Positions 1-12,999 of a stretch of 64,000 nt of DNA are shown here, one piece after another. Every line of letters begins with the position of its first letter. Position 1 is the first letter of the stretch. The DNA is taken from NCBI RefSeq assembly GCF_018350175.1, contig NC_058368.1:126172001-126236000 (forward strand), given 5' to 3'. The notes under the pieces were generated by a model, which was given only the letters and a program-made list of their open reading frames with translations, was not told the origin of the DNA and did no database searches. The position numbers and the translations under genes are program-made. The DNA is from Felis catus (lineage: Eukaryota).

Positions 1-849
1 CAAGTTCTATTGTGAATTCAAGAATGACTTAGGGGTACAATATACCTGTAAAATACTTTGGAGCATATAAAGATGAGAGCATTTGGATAAATTACTCTAT
101 GTCACTCTCTCTGTGACCCCTTGAAGCACGTTTATTATCCCAAGTAAGTGAATGAATGAAAATGATGGAATGGGCATCCAAGACTAAGGGAATGACAAGT
201 CAAAGAGACAAAGAAGAAAAAACAGCCTGTCTTCCATAAATAATTAGTATTCTGGATGGTTTAGAATGTAAGAAAGTAGTAAGTAGGAGTGACTAGATCT
301 GAATCAAAGTTAATAGGGCTTGGAATAACATGCTGAGGTACTTGAACAGAAATCTCATAGTCAGTGGGGAAATATTTCAGTTTTTTAAAGAGGGTGCTAA
401 TATTACTTTTTAAGAAAGATGATCTGGTAATAGTATGTGGTATTTACTACATGAGGTAAAAAGTGTGAATTTGTTACTTTTTAGGAAATAAAGCTTTTCA
501 GTGGTTATTGTGGAGAATCAATGAGCTAACTCACAACTGACAAGAAAGATTTCTAAGTAATAGAGGGGGAAATAGCTAATTACTAAATATGCATTGGACT
601 ACGTCTGCGTGTTTCTCAATAAAATAGGAAGTGGAAGTTGAAAAACAAGAACGTTGAGGTGATACCATATTGGAAGATGGCACAGTAGACATGGAGATGG
701 TCAGAGGAACAAGGAACTCTGGAGTCTGTTGTCAATGAAGACAGCATGGAAGTGACTGATCACTTCTCTGTCGTGTCTCTTTGAATTCTTTTCTCTCTTT
801 TCCTAGATCTACAGACATGCTGGACAGTTTGCCCAGGGGTTAGGAACAA

Positions 850-1080
850 GAATTTTGGAGTCACTCTTACCTGAACATGAGTCCCAGCTATGTCAGATCC
901 TCGCTAGCTATGTTATCTTGGGCAAATTACTTTACTGCTCTGACCGTCACTTCCATGACAAGTAATATGGAGGCAACAAAAATAACCTGTCTAATAGAAT
1001 TATGGGACTTAAATGAGAAAATGCACATAATTAACTTAAAAGAATGTCTCCTATGTTCTAAGTAGCCATTTTATTATCAT
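850..1080 (+). mobile_element. MIR SINE fragment
   Basis: Core 'tcttgggcaaattactttactgctctgaccgtcacttccatgacaagtaatatggagg...gacttaaatgagaaaatgcacataa' resembles the MIR consensus; edges approximate. Confidence 0.6.
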
Positions 1081-1169
1081 TAATTATAATTTATTATTAT
1101 TATTATTAGAACTATTGTTTCAAAGGTAACCGGTAAGCACAAATAAGCAGAGGCAGTGACCTATGCTCT

Positions 1170-2230
1170 ACCTGCAACCTCTTTGATGGCTATCTTTCTC
1201 CATTGAGCACCCACCCTATCACAACTCCCCTTTCTTTGACATACTCTCTAGGATGTACCCTTATCTCCCTGGCTGCTGTTTACCTAACTTCTTTCTGGCT
1301 TGTCTTCCAGGTCATTGTGTAGGTATTTCCCAAGCTCTGCCTTTGGCTCCTCTTCTTTCTCCATGGTCACATCTTCTCCCAAAGCTTAGGCAATCCTTTC
1401 TAACTGATCCAATATGGAGGTAGCTTCCAAAATCTGAATCTCTAGTCTTGATTAATATCCTAAGTTCCAATACTGCATTTTGACACCCCCATCTAGATAT
1501 CTTGTGTCACTATACACTCAACAAGTTCAAATCCAAATCCAATTTGTACCTAAACACAAACTTTCAACCTGCTCATTGCCATTAGTGACATTATTCTTTA
1601 ACTAGGCAGCCAGAGGAGAGACTTCAAAGTAATCCTATAAACTCCATCAGCTTTCCCCCACTTCACTCTGATTAGGCAGTTGCCAAATCATATAAGCTGC
1701 ACTACTCCATTGTCTCTCACAGCTGTTTCCAGGAGTTTCCCCTCTGTTTCAAGACATAATACCTCCTTGCCCAAATTACTGTTTCATGAAAGTCAAAGTG
1801 TTGTCTCTACCTCTAGTTTTGGTCCTTCCATACCTCTTAACAAGTGTTGCCACGTTACTGCCCTAAACACATTTCTGAGAAGGGTTCCTTCCTTCTCCAG
1901 CATTGTTGACTTTCATAGGCTAAAACTGTACTGCATTAATAATTTTATTATTAATAGCATACACTGACATGTTAATTATATACATAATGCATATATCTTG
2001 TCTATCCACTGAAATTGAGGTCATTAAAGTCAAATATCATGTTATAGAATTATATCCATTCATACTAGGGTCACTGCTTTAAACATAGCAGGTATATAAT
2101 AAGTGCTTACTGAATTAAATTTGTTCTGAAGAATTGCATTTCCCTGCTCAAAAATCTTCAATGTTTCCACATTTCTTATCAAGTGAGATAAAAATTATTT
2201 AGCCTTAGGTTTGATACAATTTAACCCCAG
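1170..2230 (+). mobile_element. Degenerate L2 LINE fragments
   Basis: Pyrimidine-rich L2-like stretches and a 3'-end motif 'aaacatagcaggtatataataagtgcttactgaattaaat'. Confidence 0.45.
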
Positions 2231-2275
2231 TCTACCTCTCCCACTTCTCCAGTTTGTTTCTTTTTTGTGCCATGG

Positions 2276-2478
2276 AACGATGGACTGAAACGTATTGTTC
2301 ACCCCCCTCTCCAAATCTGTATATTGAAGCCACAACTACCAATGTGATGGTATTTGGAAAAGAAGCCTTTGGGAGGTTATTAGAGTTAGATGAGATCATG
2401 AGGGTGAGGCTCTTTTGATGAGATCAGTGGCTTCATAAAAAGAGAGGCAGAGAGAGCATTCTCTCTCCCTCCCTCCCT

Positions 2479-2519
<41 letters not shown>

Positions 2520-2705
2520 CTGTGAGATGCAATAAAAAGGAAGCCACCTGCAAGACAGGAAGAGAGTCCTCACTGGGACCCAAATCAACTGGCACCTTGA
2601 TCTTGCACTTCCCAGCCTCCAGAACTATGGAGGAAAATTAATTCCTGGTTTTTAAGCCACCTAGTTTTTGATAATTAGTTGTGGCAACCCATGCTGACTG
2701 ATGCA
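2276..2705 (+). mobile_element. MaLR solo LTR, MLT1A-like
   Basis: Starts 'gatggactgaa', contains 'ggcaccttgatcttgcacttcccagcctccagaact' and ends 'gactgatgca'; flanked by a 5-bp TSD catgg (2271-2275, 2706-2710). Confidence 0.85.
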
Positions 2706-3099
2706 CATGGATTCCAGCAACACTAAAATACTGGTTTCCTGCACATTCCTTGCCTTTCTAGCTTTCCCATACTTCCTCAGTTTAGAATATCCTTTTCCCC
2801 CTCTTTGCATGATTATACCCTACCTAGCTTAAAATCCATCTTTTCATTTGAGCCTTCCCTGGTGTCTCCTTTAAAGTAATTTCTTTATCCTCTGGAATTC
2901 CTCACCACTTATTCCTGTCTTCTGGCACTTCACATACTCTGTGGATGTGAGCTTATCTTGTTTACTTGACTGTGAACTTGCTAACTAACCTCAATGACTT
3001 TGCCAGGTTCATGTTGTATCCCATGGTACTGACCACAGAGCCTGGACCATTAAAGGAATCTAATTCACATCATGCTTTTCCAGTTGAATAGATATCCAA

Positions 3100-3770
3100 G
3101 TACCATCAGAGGTTTTTCATAGGCAAGATGAAGCACATGAAAGATTAGAATCTGTGCTGGCATGAATGGAGAGTGGAGAGGTAATGGGTGAGAAATATCA
3201 TGAAAGGAATAAAGAGGAAAAGCAGTGAAGTTGAGAAAAAAAAATCAAAAGTTTCAGCATGTGGCTTGGATGGAACAGATAAGTGGGATTTCTCCACTGA
3301 AGTCTTAGAGGAAGCTGGAAGCCGATCCTGGAAAGATACACAACAGAAGAGAGTTTTGGAAATGAAGAGTTATAAAGGTACAAATAGGGCTGATGGATCT
3401 CAAATGTAGAGCTTTTAGGTGATAGTTGTACCTCAGTGGTCTGAAAGAACAATGAAGGATGAGAAGCAGATGAACCCATGTTCTAGTTTTGATACAGGAA
3501 GTGGGAAGCAGTATACAACATAAATGATAAGACACTCTTAAGACATCCAGCTAAGAAAAATGAAGCCCATAATTAGATAGTCGTTGTGTAAAGAAGAATA
3601 GAAGAGAACAGCAAAAGACTGCACACGACAGAGTTGGGCACACTGTGGATGGGGAAAAAGAAAATCTGAATTAGATTGGGATCTAAAAGAGAGAGGAGCC
3701 CTAGGTTTGTGCTGAGGATAGCAGAAGTTTAGAATCAAGATGAAATAAGAGATTGGCAGGAATTATAGAG
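3100..3770 (-). mobile_element. Degenerate L2 fragment
   Basis: Purine-rich antisense L2-like sequence ('gcttggatggaacagataag', 'agacatccagctaag'). Confidence 0.4.
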
Positions 3771-4222
3771 ACACCTGGGCTGCAGCTCTGACTAGGTACC
3801 AGCCTGCCCCTGGATGTGAGGAAAAGCAGGCAGGCAGGGCCCTGCAAGGAGAGGGAGGTCCAGCCCCATTGCTACAGGCAGTGTTCTGGCCCTCACCCAT
3901 CCCTTCCTCCTCACGGTGCTAAGCCCGTATCTGTGACTGCCTCTGAGCTCCAGTCCCAGTCTTCTAGCTCCCTTGGGCTTTGTCCACATGGATATTCTGC
4001 CAACACTTCAGGTTTAGTACACCCCAAACCAAACCCCTCCATTTCTGTCTCTGATCTAATCCCTGGTGAAAAAGATGGTCTGAAGGTAATCTTGGCTAAA
4101 TTGAAAGGAAAAAAAAAAAAAAAGGAGTTTGTGGCCCTGGCCTGGTTTCATTTTTTTTTTTTCCATTAATGCCACTATTCTCCTAGTGATATGGCTTCAA
4201 AAATCTTGACATTTTTCCACAG

Positions 4223-4381
4223 TGTCGTAGGCTAAAAAATGGCTGGCTGTTGACGTCTTGATTTCAGACGTCTTGATTTCTGATTTATGGCCTGTGGAAC
4301 TATGAGAGAATAAACTTCTGCTGTGTTAAGACATCACATCTGTGGTAATTTGTTATTGTGACAATAGGAAACTAGTACGAA
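4223..4381 (+). mobile_element. Internally deleted MLT1(C/D)-like solo LTR
   Basis: 5' end 'tgtcgtaggctaaaaaatggc' is joined almost directly to the 3' end 'gaactatgagagaataaacttctg...tgtggtaatttgtta...aggaaactagtac'. Confidence 0.7.
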
Positions 4382-4779
4382 CAGCCTCCTTCCTCACACA
4401 CAATTACAAAGTTCTACCTACCAGTTACTCAGGCTCCACCATTTACCCGCCACAGAACTGAGCAAGTTAATAAGCCTTTTAGAACTTGAGTCCCCATCTG
4501 TAATAACATAAGATTTGGGGGACTATATTGGGAACTGAGATAATCCACATAAGGCACTTATTGCAGTGTGTGTCTAAACTAAATGATCAATATGTATGTT
4601 ATCACAATTGTCTACCAAAGGCGCTTTCAGTCCCTCACTCTTCTAATCCATTTTTCCCAGCACTTCATAATATTCATCCCAAATAGTGTTATGACCTTGA
4701 AACCCCTTCCTCAGCCTCCTTTCCTCAGTGAGGACAACCCCAGACTTGTTAGCATGGTATTTGAGTCGTTCCAGAGTGG

Positions 4780-5191
4780 ACATTATTGAGGGGCCACCCT
4801 GATCCCCTGTGCAAGGCTGTGTGCACTTCCTCAGCTATGGGGAGTGTCACCTGCTGACTGTTGTCAGCTATTCCTTCTCCAGAGGATTGTTTTCAGATAA
4901 ATGTGAAGTGGGCTCCCCACCTCTCAGGGCATCCCACAAACAAAGGTTGCAGGGGGGCAAAGGCTGCTCTTGCTTCAACGGGGGACCATGTCTGTGGTGC
5001 TGTTCCCGCGCTGAGCTCCTTGCAGTATCCAGCCTTTGCAGGACTCCAGCCAAAGCCGCATTCATGCTGAGCATCTTCCCTTGCTGAATCCTGCTGCCTT
5101 CGCTCCCTTTCTCCAGAAAGCACACGCATAATAACACCCATGGACCTGAATCCCTGCTTCAGACTTTACTTCCGGAAGCCTGACCGACGTC
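4780..5191 (+). mobile_element. ERVL LTR, LTR16-like
   Basis: The 3' end 'aatccctgcttcagactttacttccggaagcctgacc' and the internal 'tgagctcc...tgctgaatcctgctgccttc' resemble the LTR16 family. Confidence 0.55.
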
Positions 5192-7480
5192 ACCCTCTTA
5201 ATGTGTCCCCAAATTTCCTCACTAGCCTTATCTTTTATTTCTTCTCCTGTGTAAACCCAAATCCCTAGTCACAAGAGCCCAATGTGCCTTTTGATCTCTT
5301 TATCTCATCTCTAATGCAACTTCCCTTCCTTGCCCTCTACTGGTCCAAATCATACACGTTTCCAGCTCTGCCTTGAGACCATCCTGGGCAACCCCACTCC
5401 AGTGACTTTTTCCTTCCTTCTGAACTTCTATAATGTGTATTTTCTGTAGCACTTATTTGGCAACAATTTAAATACTTGCATTCTTCTATCAAAAAAGGAG
5501 ATGATACCTATCTGGCAGGTTTGTTGTGAGCATTTAAGTGAGATTGTGAAAAATTCAGAGCATGGTGACTGGCTCTGAGAAGGCTCATAAGTTACTGTTA
5601 ATGATATTTGATGTCTAGAAGACATTCTCTTCCTCTCCCTCCTGCTTCTTTGTTCATTCTCAAGAATAGGCTAGAAACTGGAGTGCTAATTGGGATCTGT
5701 TTGCCTGTAGGAGAATCATTGGCCCCTGTGGTTTATCATTCTTCTCTTCCGTTATCCTCTCATGACCTACGGCTGTGCATCCACAATATGGGTATTTACA
5801 AGTCGAGAAGGGGGTGGACCACAGAGAGATCAAGACCTTCAAAGTCCAGCTTACTAAAAGACTTCTCTTTTGAGGCATGGAGATATCTCAGCTATCAGAA
5901 AAAAAAAATGGTAGGTAACTTTTGGAGAAGGAGGGGAGGTCTACTATTTGTCAAAATTATCCAGCATCCAATATAGCCAATAGATATGGCTGAGGAAAAA
6001 AGTGCTAATGAGCCTAAGACATGCACATTAAATTTCCATTGGGATGTACCTCATTCAAAAGATAAAGGGAAATACATTTTTGGCTAAATGCCCAGTCCAA
6101 GATTTTTGTAAAATATAATGAGATGTTTAAACAAGCTCCAAAGGACCATCAACTTCTGTCTGGTTTAGAATGGAAAGTCCCATAATTCATTTCCTGTCAG
6201 TCACCTGTTTAAAAATTATCCATAAATTTTGAGTTTCATTTCTACTAAATGAAAGCTTTTAAAGTCCTATCAACTACTTGAGTTCTGTGAAAATCAAGTA
6301 AATAGGTAGAAGGAGCAGACAAAAGATGGCGTGGGGGAATCATCTTTTTTCATAGCATATTGATTTTTTTTTATATTTTTAGTCATCTATTCCAAGGGGG
6401 ATACCTGCTTAATATGTTTGAAATTCAATGACTCTCACATGAGAATTTCACATTAAGTTTATTGACATATTATGTAAGGACAGAATTGAGAAAGACATAA
6501 AAATTTCAGACATCATAATAAGCTAACAAACCAACATATGCCTACCATTTCATAATGTCCTTTATGTTTGTACTCCAAGTAAGTTAAAAGGAACATGCTG
6601 TTTTCCAAGAAGCTGTTAACCCATGCTGTATTTCAGAGTCTTTGCTTGTGGCTTTCTTCTGCCAGAAATATCTTTTCCCCCTCCTCAAAAGTAAGGGTCT
6701 GCCATCCTTCACAGCCTGATTCTCACATCTGTTTCTTTATTAAGACTTTCCTGATTCTCCCTAGCCCTAAGGGGTCTCCTTCCTCTCACCCTCCATTGGG
6801 CTTGACCAGTTCTTAATTGGAGGTGCCTTCTCAGATCTGCTGAATGACTTCCATGTGCTCTCAGCTCTTTTGTTTTTTGAGCCTCTTTCTCCATAACAAA
6901 ATTTTAAAAATTGTATGTTATAACTGCATTGACATAAAGAAAAATGTAATCTGGGCTGAGCTCATAATTATATACCAACTATAATAATGATATTCCATTT
7001 TAAATCTGATTTTGTTAATTAAAAAAAAGCGTTTTCCCCAATCTCTAAATGTTATCATGGCACTCCACCTCCAATTAGTAATGGGTCATTTCCACTCAGA
7101 CTTGTGTTGTAACTACTTTTGTCTATGCTCTCTTTCCTCCCAGAGAACAAGCACAAGGTGGGAAGATCGAGAACCCCTTTATATAGCAGTTATCTGAAAA
7201 CATATGATCTTCTAAGGTCTCCAGAGAAAGAATATTCAAGAATCTATTTAGTCCTACATTTACTAAGGCAGGGTGACTACCCCTCTTTGGTGTGACTAAT
7301 TATGATTCTTACTTTTTTCCAGTGATAAAGCTACATTATTATTGTTAGGCCATAATGTTCCTATTTTTGATGAAGTATTAAGGGAACAAAGTTAGAACAA
7401 CCTAGTAATCGAGAACCCTGGAGACTTGTTTCCATTTTCAGAGTTTCCTTTGTTGATTAGTACTTTGTTTTTAGAAAAGG

Positions 7481-7539
7481 GTGTGTGTGTGCACGCGCAT
7501 GCATGCATGCACGCACGTGTGTATGCTCACACATGTACA
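7481..7539. repeat. Alternating purine-pyrimidine compound repeat (GT)n/(GCAT)n
   Basis: gtgtgtgtgtgcacgcgcatgcatgcatgcacgcacgtgtgtatgc is seen directly. Confidence 0.9.
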
Positions 7540-8362
7540 AAACAATCTGAAAGGAATCTGGAAAATAAGGCTTTTCTTAACTTGATCTACAACATGGGAT
7601 GAACCAACTTAAAACTGTATTACCACCTAAAATGAAAAAACCCATGTCTGTAATTGGTTGTAAACCTGCTGTGTTGGGCATCTAGTGAAATCTTTATTTC
7701 CACTATTCAAGTCACCCCACTGCTCTGCCTCTAAAATCCTAAGTTTGAGTGACTTGAAAATGAAAATTGCCAAACTTACACCATTAACAGTGTTCTTGAC
7801 CTACATGGGTTTTGATTCGAGCCATTTTACAGACTAAGTTGCTCTTCCTATAACTGGTCTCACAGTCAAGGTTGCAACCCGCATACACCACTCAGACTTC
7901 TGTTCTTGAAAGAGGAGGCACATAACCCGCTCACTTTTAAAATCTGTTTTTCCTGCCATGGCAGATGTCTGGCAGAAAGCACTTAATTCTGCCTGCGTTG
8001 TTACAGAGTTAAGCAAATAAAATTCCTTTAGTGCACAGTATCTCCTGAAACTTCCCAGAGTTCTCAAACAAGTGATTTTTATGGCAGTGTCAAATCACAT
8101 TTCTTCCAGGCAAGGCCCTCCCTTTTGGATTTTCTAATGGTGTTTGCAGCAAAAATTTGGGGAAGTGGTGTTGTGGGGAATAGTCCAGAGGTTTGGAACG
8201 CTGGTCATGAGGGAGGGCTGCTGAACAAAACTCAGTCATTTTATCTCCTGTCAGTGGGAGCATCCAGGGTTGGCTTTGTGGAAGGGCGGCAGCCTTTCAT
8301 CATTATGCTCCATTAAGATGTCACTCAATGCTGCCTCAAGTTTAAAAATAAAATAAAATTCT

Positions 8363-8575
8363 GGGGCGCCCGGGTGGGTCAGCTGGTTAAGCATCTGACT
8401 TCGGCTCAGGTTATGATCTCACAGTTTGTGGGTTCAAGCACCTCTGTCAGGTTCTCTGCTGACAGCTCAGAGCCTGGATCCTACTTGGATTCTGTGTCTC
8501 CCTCTTTCTCTGCTTGTGCATGTGTGCATGCATGTTCTCTCTCTCCCCCTCAAAAGTAAATAAATAAACATTAAA
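8363..8575 (+). mobile_element. Can-SINE (SINEC_Fc type)
   Basis: ggggcgcc..gtgggtcagctggttaagc A-box, gggttcaagc B-box, CT tract and A-rich tail. Confidence 0.92.
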
Positions 8576-9127
8576 TATATACATATATATGTGTTTATAT
8601 ATATGTATATATATGTATAGATATTATAAAACAATCGTCATGGGGGGGGTAATTCTCATTTTCTCACACTTATAGTATGTATAAAATCATCTTTGGAAAC
8701 ATTATTTTTATTGCTCTGTATCAGTTGAACTAAATAAATACAATATCCTTGCCATACATAGGCATGTCCAAAATCTGGGCCTCCAGGCACTCCCACAGAT
8801 GGTTACCTGGACAGAAGCCCCTCCACTCCAACAGAGAGATAGGGTGCCTTCACTGCTTCTGATTGTCTTCTCAAAACACCAAGTGTTACTGACACCATAC
8901 TTTCTTTTGGAGCATAAAATCAAACATAACTAAAATAAAAATCACACACACACACATAGACCAATCTTCTGATGTGGCTGGTCCTTTCGTTCAGGGTGGA
9001 AAAATAAACATAAAATAAAACAAAATCATAAGCTTCGGGAAGTAATAGAATGTGCTTGTAAATTATCCAGATAAGGTAGCAGCTAGTTTACCCTATGTTT
9101 GATTTCAAAGTGTTAGATTCCTTCAGA

Positions 9128-9137
9128 GGGACTTTCC
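9128..9137 (+). promoter_or_regulatory. Canonical NF-kB site GGGACTTTCC
   Basis: Exact match to the classical kB decamer; function not shown. Confidence 0.35.
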
Positions 9138-9488
9138 CAAGTTCATATGGAAATCACACTAAGCTGTTGTAATTCCTTTGGAATGGAACACGTTTTAGTG
9201 ACCCAGGTAGCTGTGCAGGCTACTTTCCAAGGGCATTTTGAGCTCTCCTTCTCTCTGAGGTTGAGGGAATACATTCGTGGCTGTTCATTGGCCAGTGATC
9301 TGCAGAGAGGAATGGAGTGCAAGCCCAGCGTGAGTCAGCAATATCGGCTATTAAAAAAGAAACTGACCTGATTGGGGTTATGAAGTATGAAGAAGTAGGA
9401 AGGAAAGAACAACAACCCAATGTGCCCAGCCTAGCTCGCACGCTTGCTGGATGCTTGCCCAATGCTGAGTTCCAAGTAAATTTGAGGC

Positions 9489-9550
9489 CATGTTGCCAAA
9501 TAAAATACAGAACACCCAGTTACATTTGCCTTTCAGACAAACGAAAAGAA
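9489..9550 (+). mobile_element. MER53 MITE half-fragment
   Basis: 'gttgccaaataaaatacagaacacccagttacatttgcctttcagacaaacgaa' resembles one arm of MER53 and the copy at 57651-58087. Confidence 0.6.
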
Positions 9551-10949
9551 CAATCAGACTTCTACCTTTCCAATATCCCTTTTCTCTGAACCCTCCGTGA
9601 ATCCCTCCCCTCATAGTCCAAGAGTGAAGAATTACAGCAACAGCAGCACTTAAAACTTTCCAAAGCACTTTGCACATTCATTAGGTTTCTTTTTAGTTTT
9701 TTACCACATTCCAAAACGTTTGTTCTAATATGGCTATCGATTGATAAAACTTGAGGCTGACCTGAGATTAAGTTAATTACTCATTCAAGCGAATGTTGAG
9801 ATTAGGATTTAAATCCCTAATATCAACTCCACCATCTCTCCAAAGCATTTTGTATTTGCATTTTCTTATGACAGAGTTTATTAAATTCTCTCATATACTC
9901 TGTTTATTCACCTTGATTTTACCTACATTTTGAGTTTTGTGAGAATGGGAGATTTGTTCCTATATAACTTTTAACCTCACAGAGCTCTAATGTCTATGGA
10001 TTTGAATCGGGTCACAAACTCCTTTTTTTTTTTTCCTTTCAATTTAGCCAAGATTACCTTCAGACCATCTTTTTCGCCACATTTCTACAAAGTAGAAGAC
10101 AATCACAATTAGGTTCTACATATTTGCTTAAGGGAACACAGTGGATTATTGCAAACAATGAAAATGGAATTTAGGGCTTCTTTTTCTCAGTTCATTGTGT
10201 GGTCCACCATCCTCAAATACCTTTTGTGATTTTATTATCATTACCTATTAGGAGCTCTGAGGACTTTCCATCTTCTGAAATACGTGTTCATGAGTCGATT
10301 TGTGTGCAAATCCACGAAAGGGTGTCTGGAAAAAAAGGTGCTTTTGAAGCTTGAATATTAATCTCTCAGCCTTGATTTGCTGAAACTGGTGATATGGGCA
10401 GGGTTTAAGTCTCTTAAAAGTCATGTGAAAAAATGCAATAAACATGAGTGAAATTGTCCTTGATGCCTTTGAGGTTACTGTATCTTGGTGCCCAATGGTT
10501 AAACCCCAAATCTCCATCAGAATGGGCAGAAATGATAAAATGTGCCTTTTACTTAGCATGGGATAGCTGGCTCTCCCAGCAGGCACTGACATAATTTGCT
10601 TAGAAAGTGACTGCATTCTAGCTTAACACAATGGAAGCAGGCTTTAACCAGCTGGAAATGGATCCCGGGCAAGTTCAGTTCCTGGCCCACTCCCGGATTT
10701 TCATCCTGCATTAGCACTATGGTCTCCATTCAGTAAGGCTGGCATTTCTTGCAACGAGCCATGATGCCAAAATTCTGTCCGGGTGCTTTTCTTCCTGTGT
10801 CATCATGTAACCACAGGTCCAGAGAGAGAGGAGCTCTTTTGAAATTGTTGGAGATTTTATATTATGTTCTTTTGACAAAGGCTTACTTTACTTAATAGCA
10901 TAGCAGAATTATTAAAGAAATGCAGGGGTGTGGGAGGGAGGATAAAGTG

Positions 10950-11150
10950 GTTTCATATCCCATTTTAACTTTGTGAGATCTTGGACAAGTTACTTAATTC
11001 CTCAGATCTTCAATTATTTCTTCTGTGAAAATAGATCTGATGACCCTGACCTCATAGGATTTGGGGGAAGATTAAGTATAATGCCATTAATTGAAATCAT
11101 GTGGCATAATGCCTAACATATAGAAAATCCTGGATAAGTGTGGAGATGGC
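10950..11150 (+). mobile_element. MIR SINE
   Basis: 'tgtgagatcttggacaagttacttaattcctcagatcttcaattatttcttctgtgaaaatag...acctcataggattt'. Confidence 0.7.
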
Positions 11151-11327
11151 TATTATTCTTAACTACTTGAAGTATTAAAATGTTACTGAAGTGTGTGTCT
11201 CTGTTTATGCATATATTCCAATATTTTGAGTTGGAACATAGGCATTAGTCATTTCTAAAAGCTCCCCAGGTGATTCTAATATGAATCAGACAGACTATGA
11301 AACAAGTGATATTAAGAATACTTAGGT

Positions 11328-11510
11328 GGGAGCCTGGGGGGGTCAGTTGGTTGAGCATCCAACTTCAGCTCAGGTCATGATCTGTTCAAACCCCACATAG
11401 GGCTAGGTGCTGTCAGTGCAGAGACCGCTTCATATTTTCTGTCCCCCTTTCTCTGCCCCTCCCCCCACCTGCACTCTTTCAAAAATAAATAAACATTAAA
11501 AAAAAAAAAA
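11328..11510 (+). mobile_element. Can-SINE
   Basis: gggagcctgg..tcagttggttgagcatccaacttcagctcaggtcatgatc..., poly(A) tail. Confidence 0.9.
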
Positions 11511-11717
11511 CTTAGTTGCCCAGCAGGCACCCACCAATCAGAAAGAAAACCTGATTAATCAGAAAGTATTCTGACAGTAAACAACTAGCACAGCCCTCAG
11601 CCTCGCTCTCATGAAACTATGTTCCTTGATCAGATACGATTAGGAAATGCTGCTTATTAGAGATTGCACAGGATTATTAAAGGCTCTGAAAGACCTTGAA
11701 TTAAAAATAAACTACCA

Positions 11718-11965
11718 GGGGCACCTGGGTAGCTCAGTCTCTTGAGCATCTGACTCTTGGTTTAGGCTCAGGTGATGATCCCAGGGTGGTGGTGATGATT
11801 GAGATCTGAGCTGAGTGTGGAGCCTACTTAAGATTCTCTCTCTCCCTCTGCCCCTCTCCCCTGCTGGCTCTCTCATAAAATAAAATATAAAATAAAATAA
11901 AATAAAATAAAATAAAATAAAATAAAATAAAATAAAATAAAATAAAATAAAATAAAGAAATAAAA
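11718..11965 (+). mobile_element. Can-SINE with expanded (TAAAA)n tail
   Basis: ggggcacctgggtagctcag head; (taaaa)n at ~11876-11955; imperfect TSD aaataaa(c/a)tacca. Confidence 0.9.
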
Positions 11966-12142
11966 TACCAGATTACAAATTTTCCAAACCAATGGGTGCA
12001 TGGAATGTTTTTGTTAACATCAAATAGCATCTTAGTAAAAATGCTGAGGGAAAGAGAAATACCCCAGTTTGAAAAAGTTTGGTTGTATTTATCTTTTTAT
12101 GTCTCTGTATATCCTCAGCAATTCTGACTATTGGAAATTATA

Positions 12143-12570
12143 CAGTCTAAGGCAGAATTCTAAGATGTTTCCCAAACATTCTGTCCTTGGAGTGCATGTT
12201 TCATAGAATTATCTTGAGTGTGGACATAAGCTGTGAATATAATGAGGTATCACTCCCATGGTTATTATGTTATATGACAAAAGGGGAAATATTTAAGGTG
12301 GGCCTGACCTACTCACTGAACTCTTGCAAAAAAGAACTTTTTCTCTAGCTCGTTGCTGAAGTCAAAGGATGTGCTTCTGGTGGCCTAGAGTTCCAAAACA
12401 GCTATGTTGTGAACTGCCTGAAGCAAGGAGTGGCCCCTAAGAGCTGAAAGCAGTCCCCAAGAAATAGCTAGCAGTTCTGTGATGTGAGGAACTGTATTCT
12501 GCCACTAATTTGAAGGAACATGGAAGAGAACTCCAAGCTTCAGATAGCACACAGGCTGTCTTTGCAGTAT
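12143..12570 (+). mobile_element. MaLR LTR, MLT1E-like
   Basis: 'ggcagaattctaagatg', 'tcactcccatggttat', 'aggtgggcctgacctactcac', 'gaactccaagcttcagatag'. Confidence 0.7.
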
Positions 12571-12999
12571 CTTAATGATTCCATCCAAAAGTATATCAGT
12601 GGATTGGATATGGAAAGTTAGAAAACTGGTTTGTAACATCAGAACTATTTCTACTGTAAGGGCTTCAGCTTTTAGGGAAAGGGGATGTCCTCTAGGGTTG
12701 GAATGAAGAGAAAAATTTAGATCTTGTGAACATAAAGTAGCATCCAGAAAGCACAATCTGTGACGTTCCATAAAGTTATTAACTCTGTAAATGCAGGATT
12801 ACCCTTTATATTTGAAAGCAAATGTTGTATTGTGAGAAAAATATTAAAGAAGTAGAAACAAACTAAGAACTATCAGAGGCAGCTTATTAGAGTGAGGAAA
12901 GCACTAGAACAAAAAGAATTTTCAGGTCCTCTTTCCAGCTTTACTGCTACACAGTCATATAACATAGCTGCTCAATGACTCAACTAATGCCATTGTTTG

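Noticed and set aside
807..838. Possible plus-strand exon after 'tttctctcttttcctag'
   Set aside because: Good acceptor but weak donor, next to a MIR; no supporting frame.
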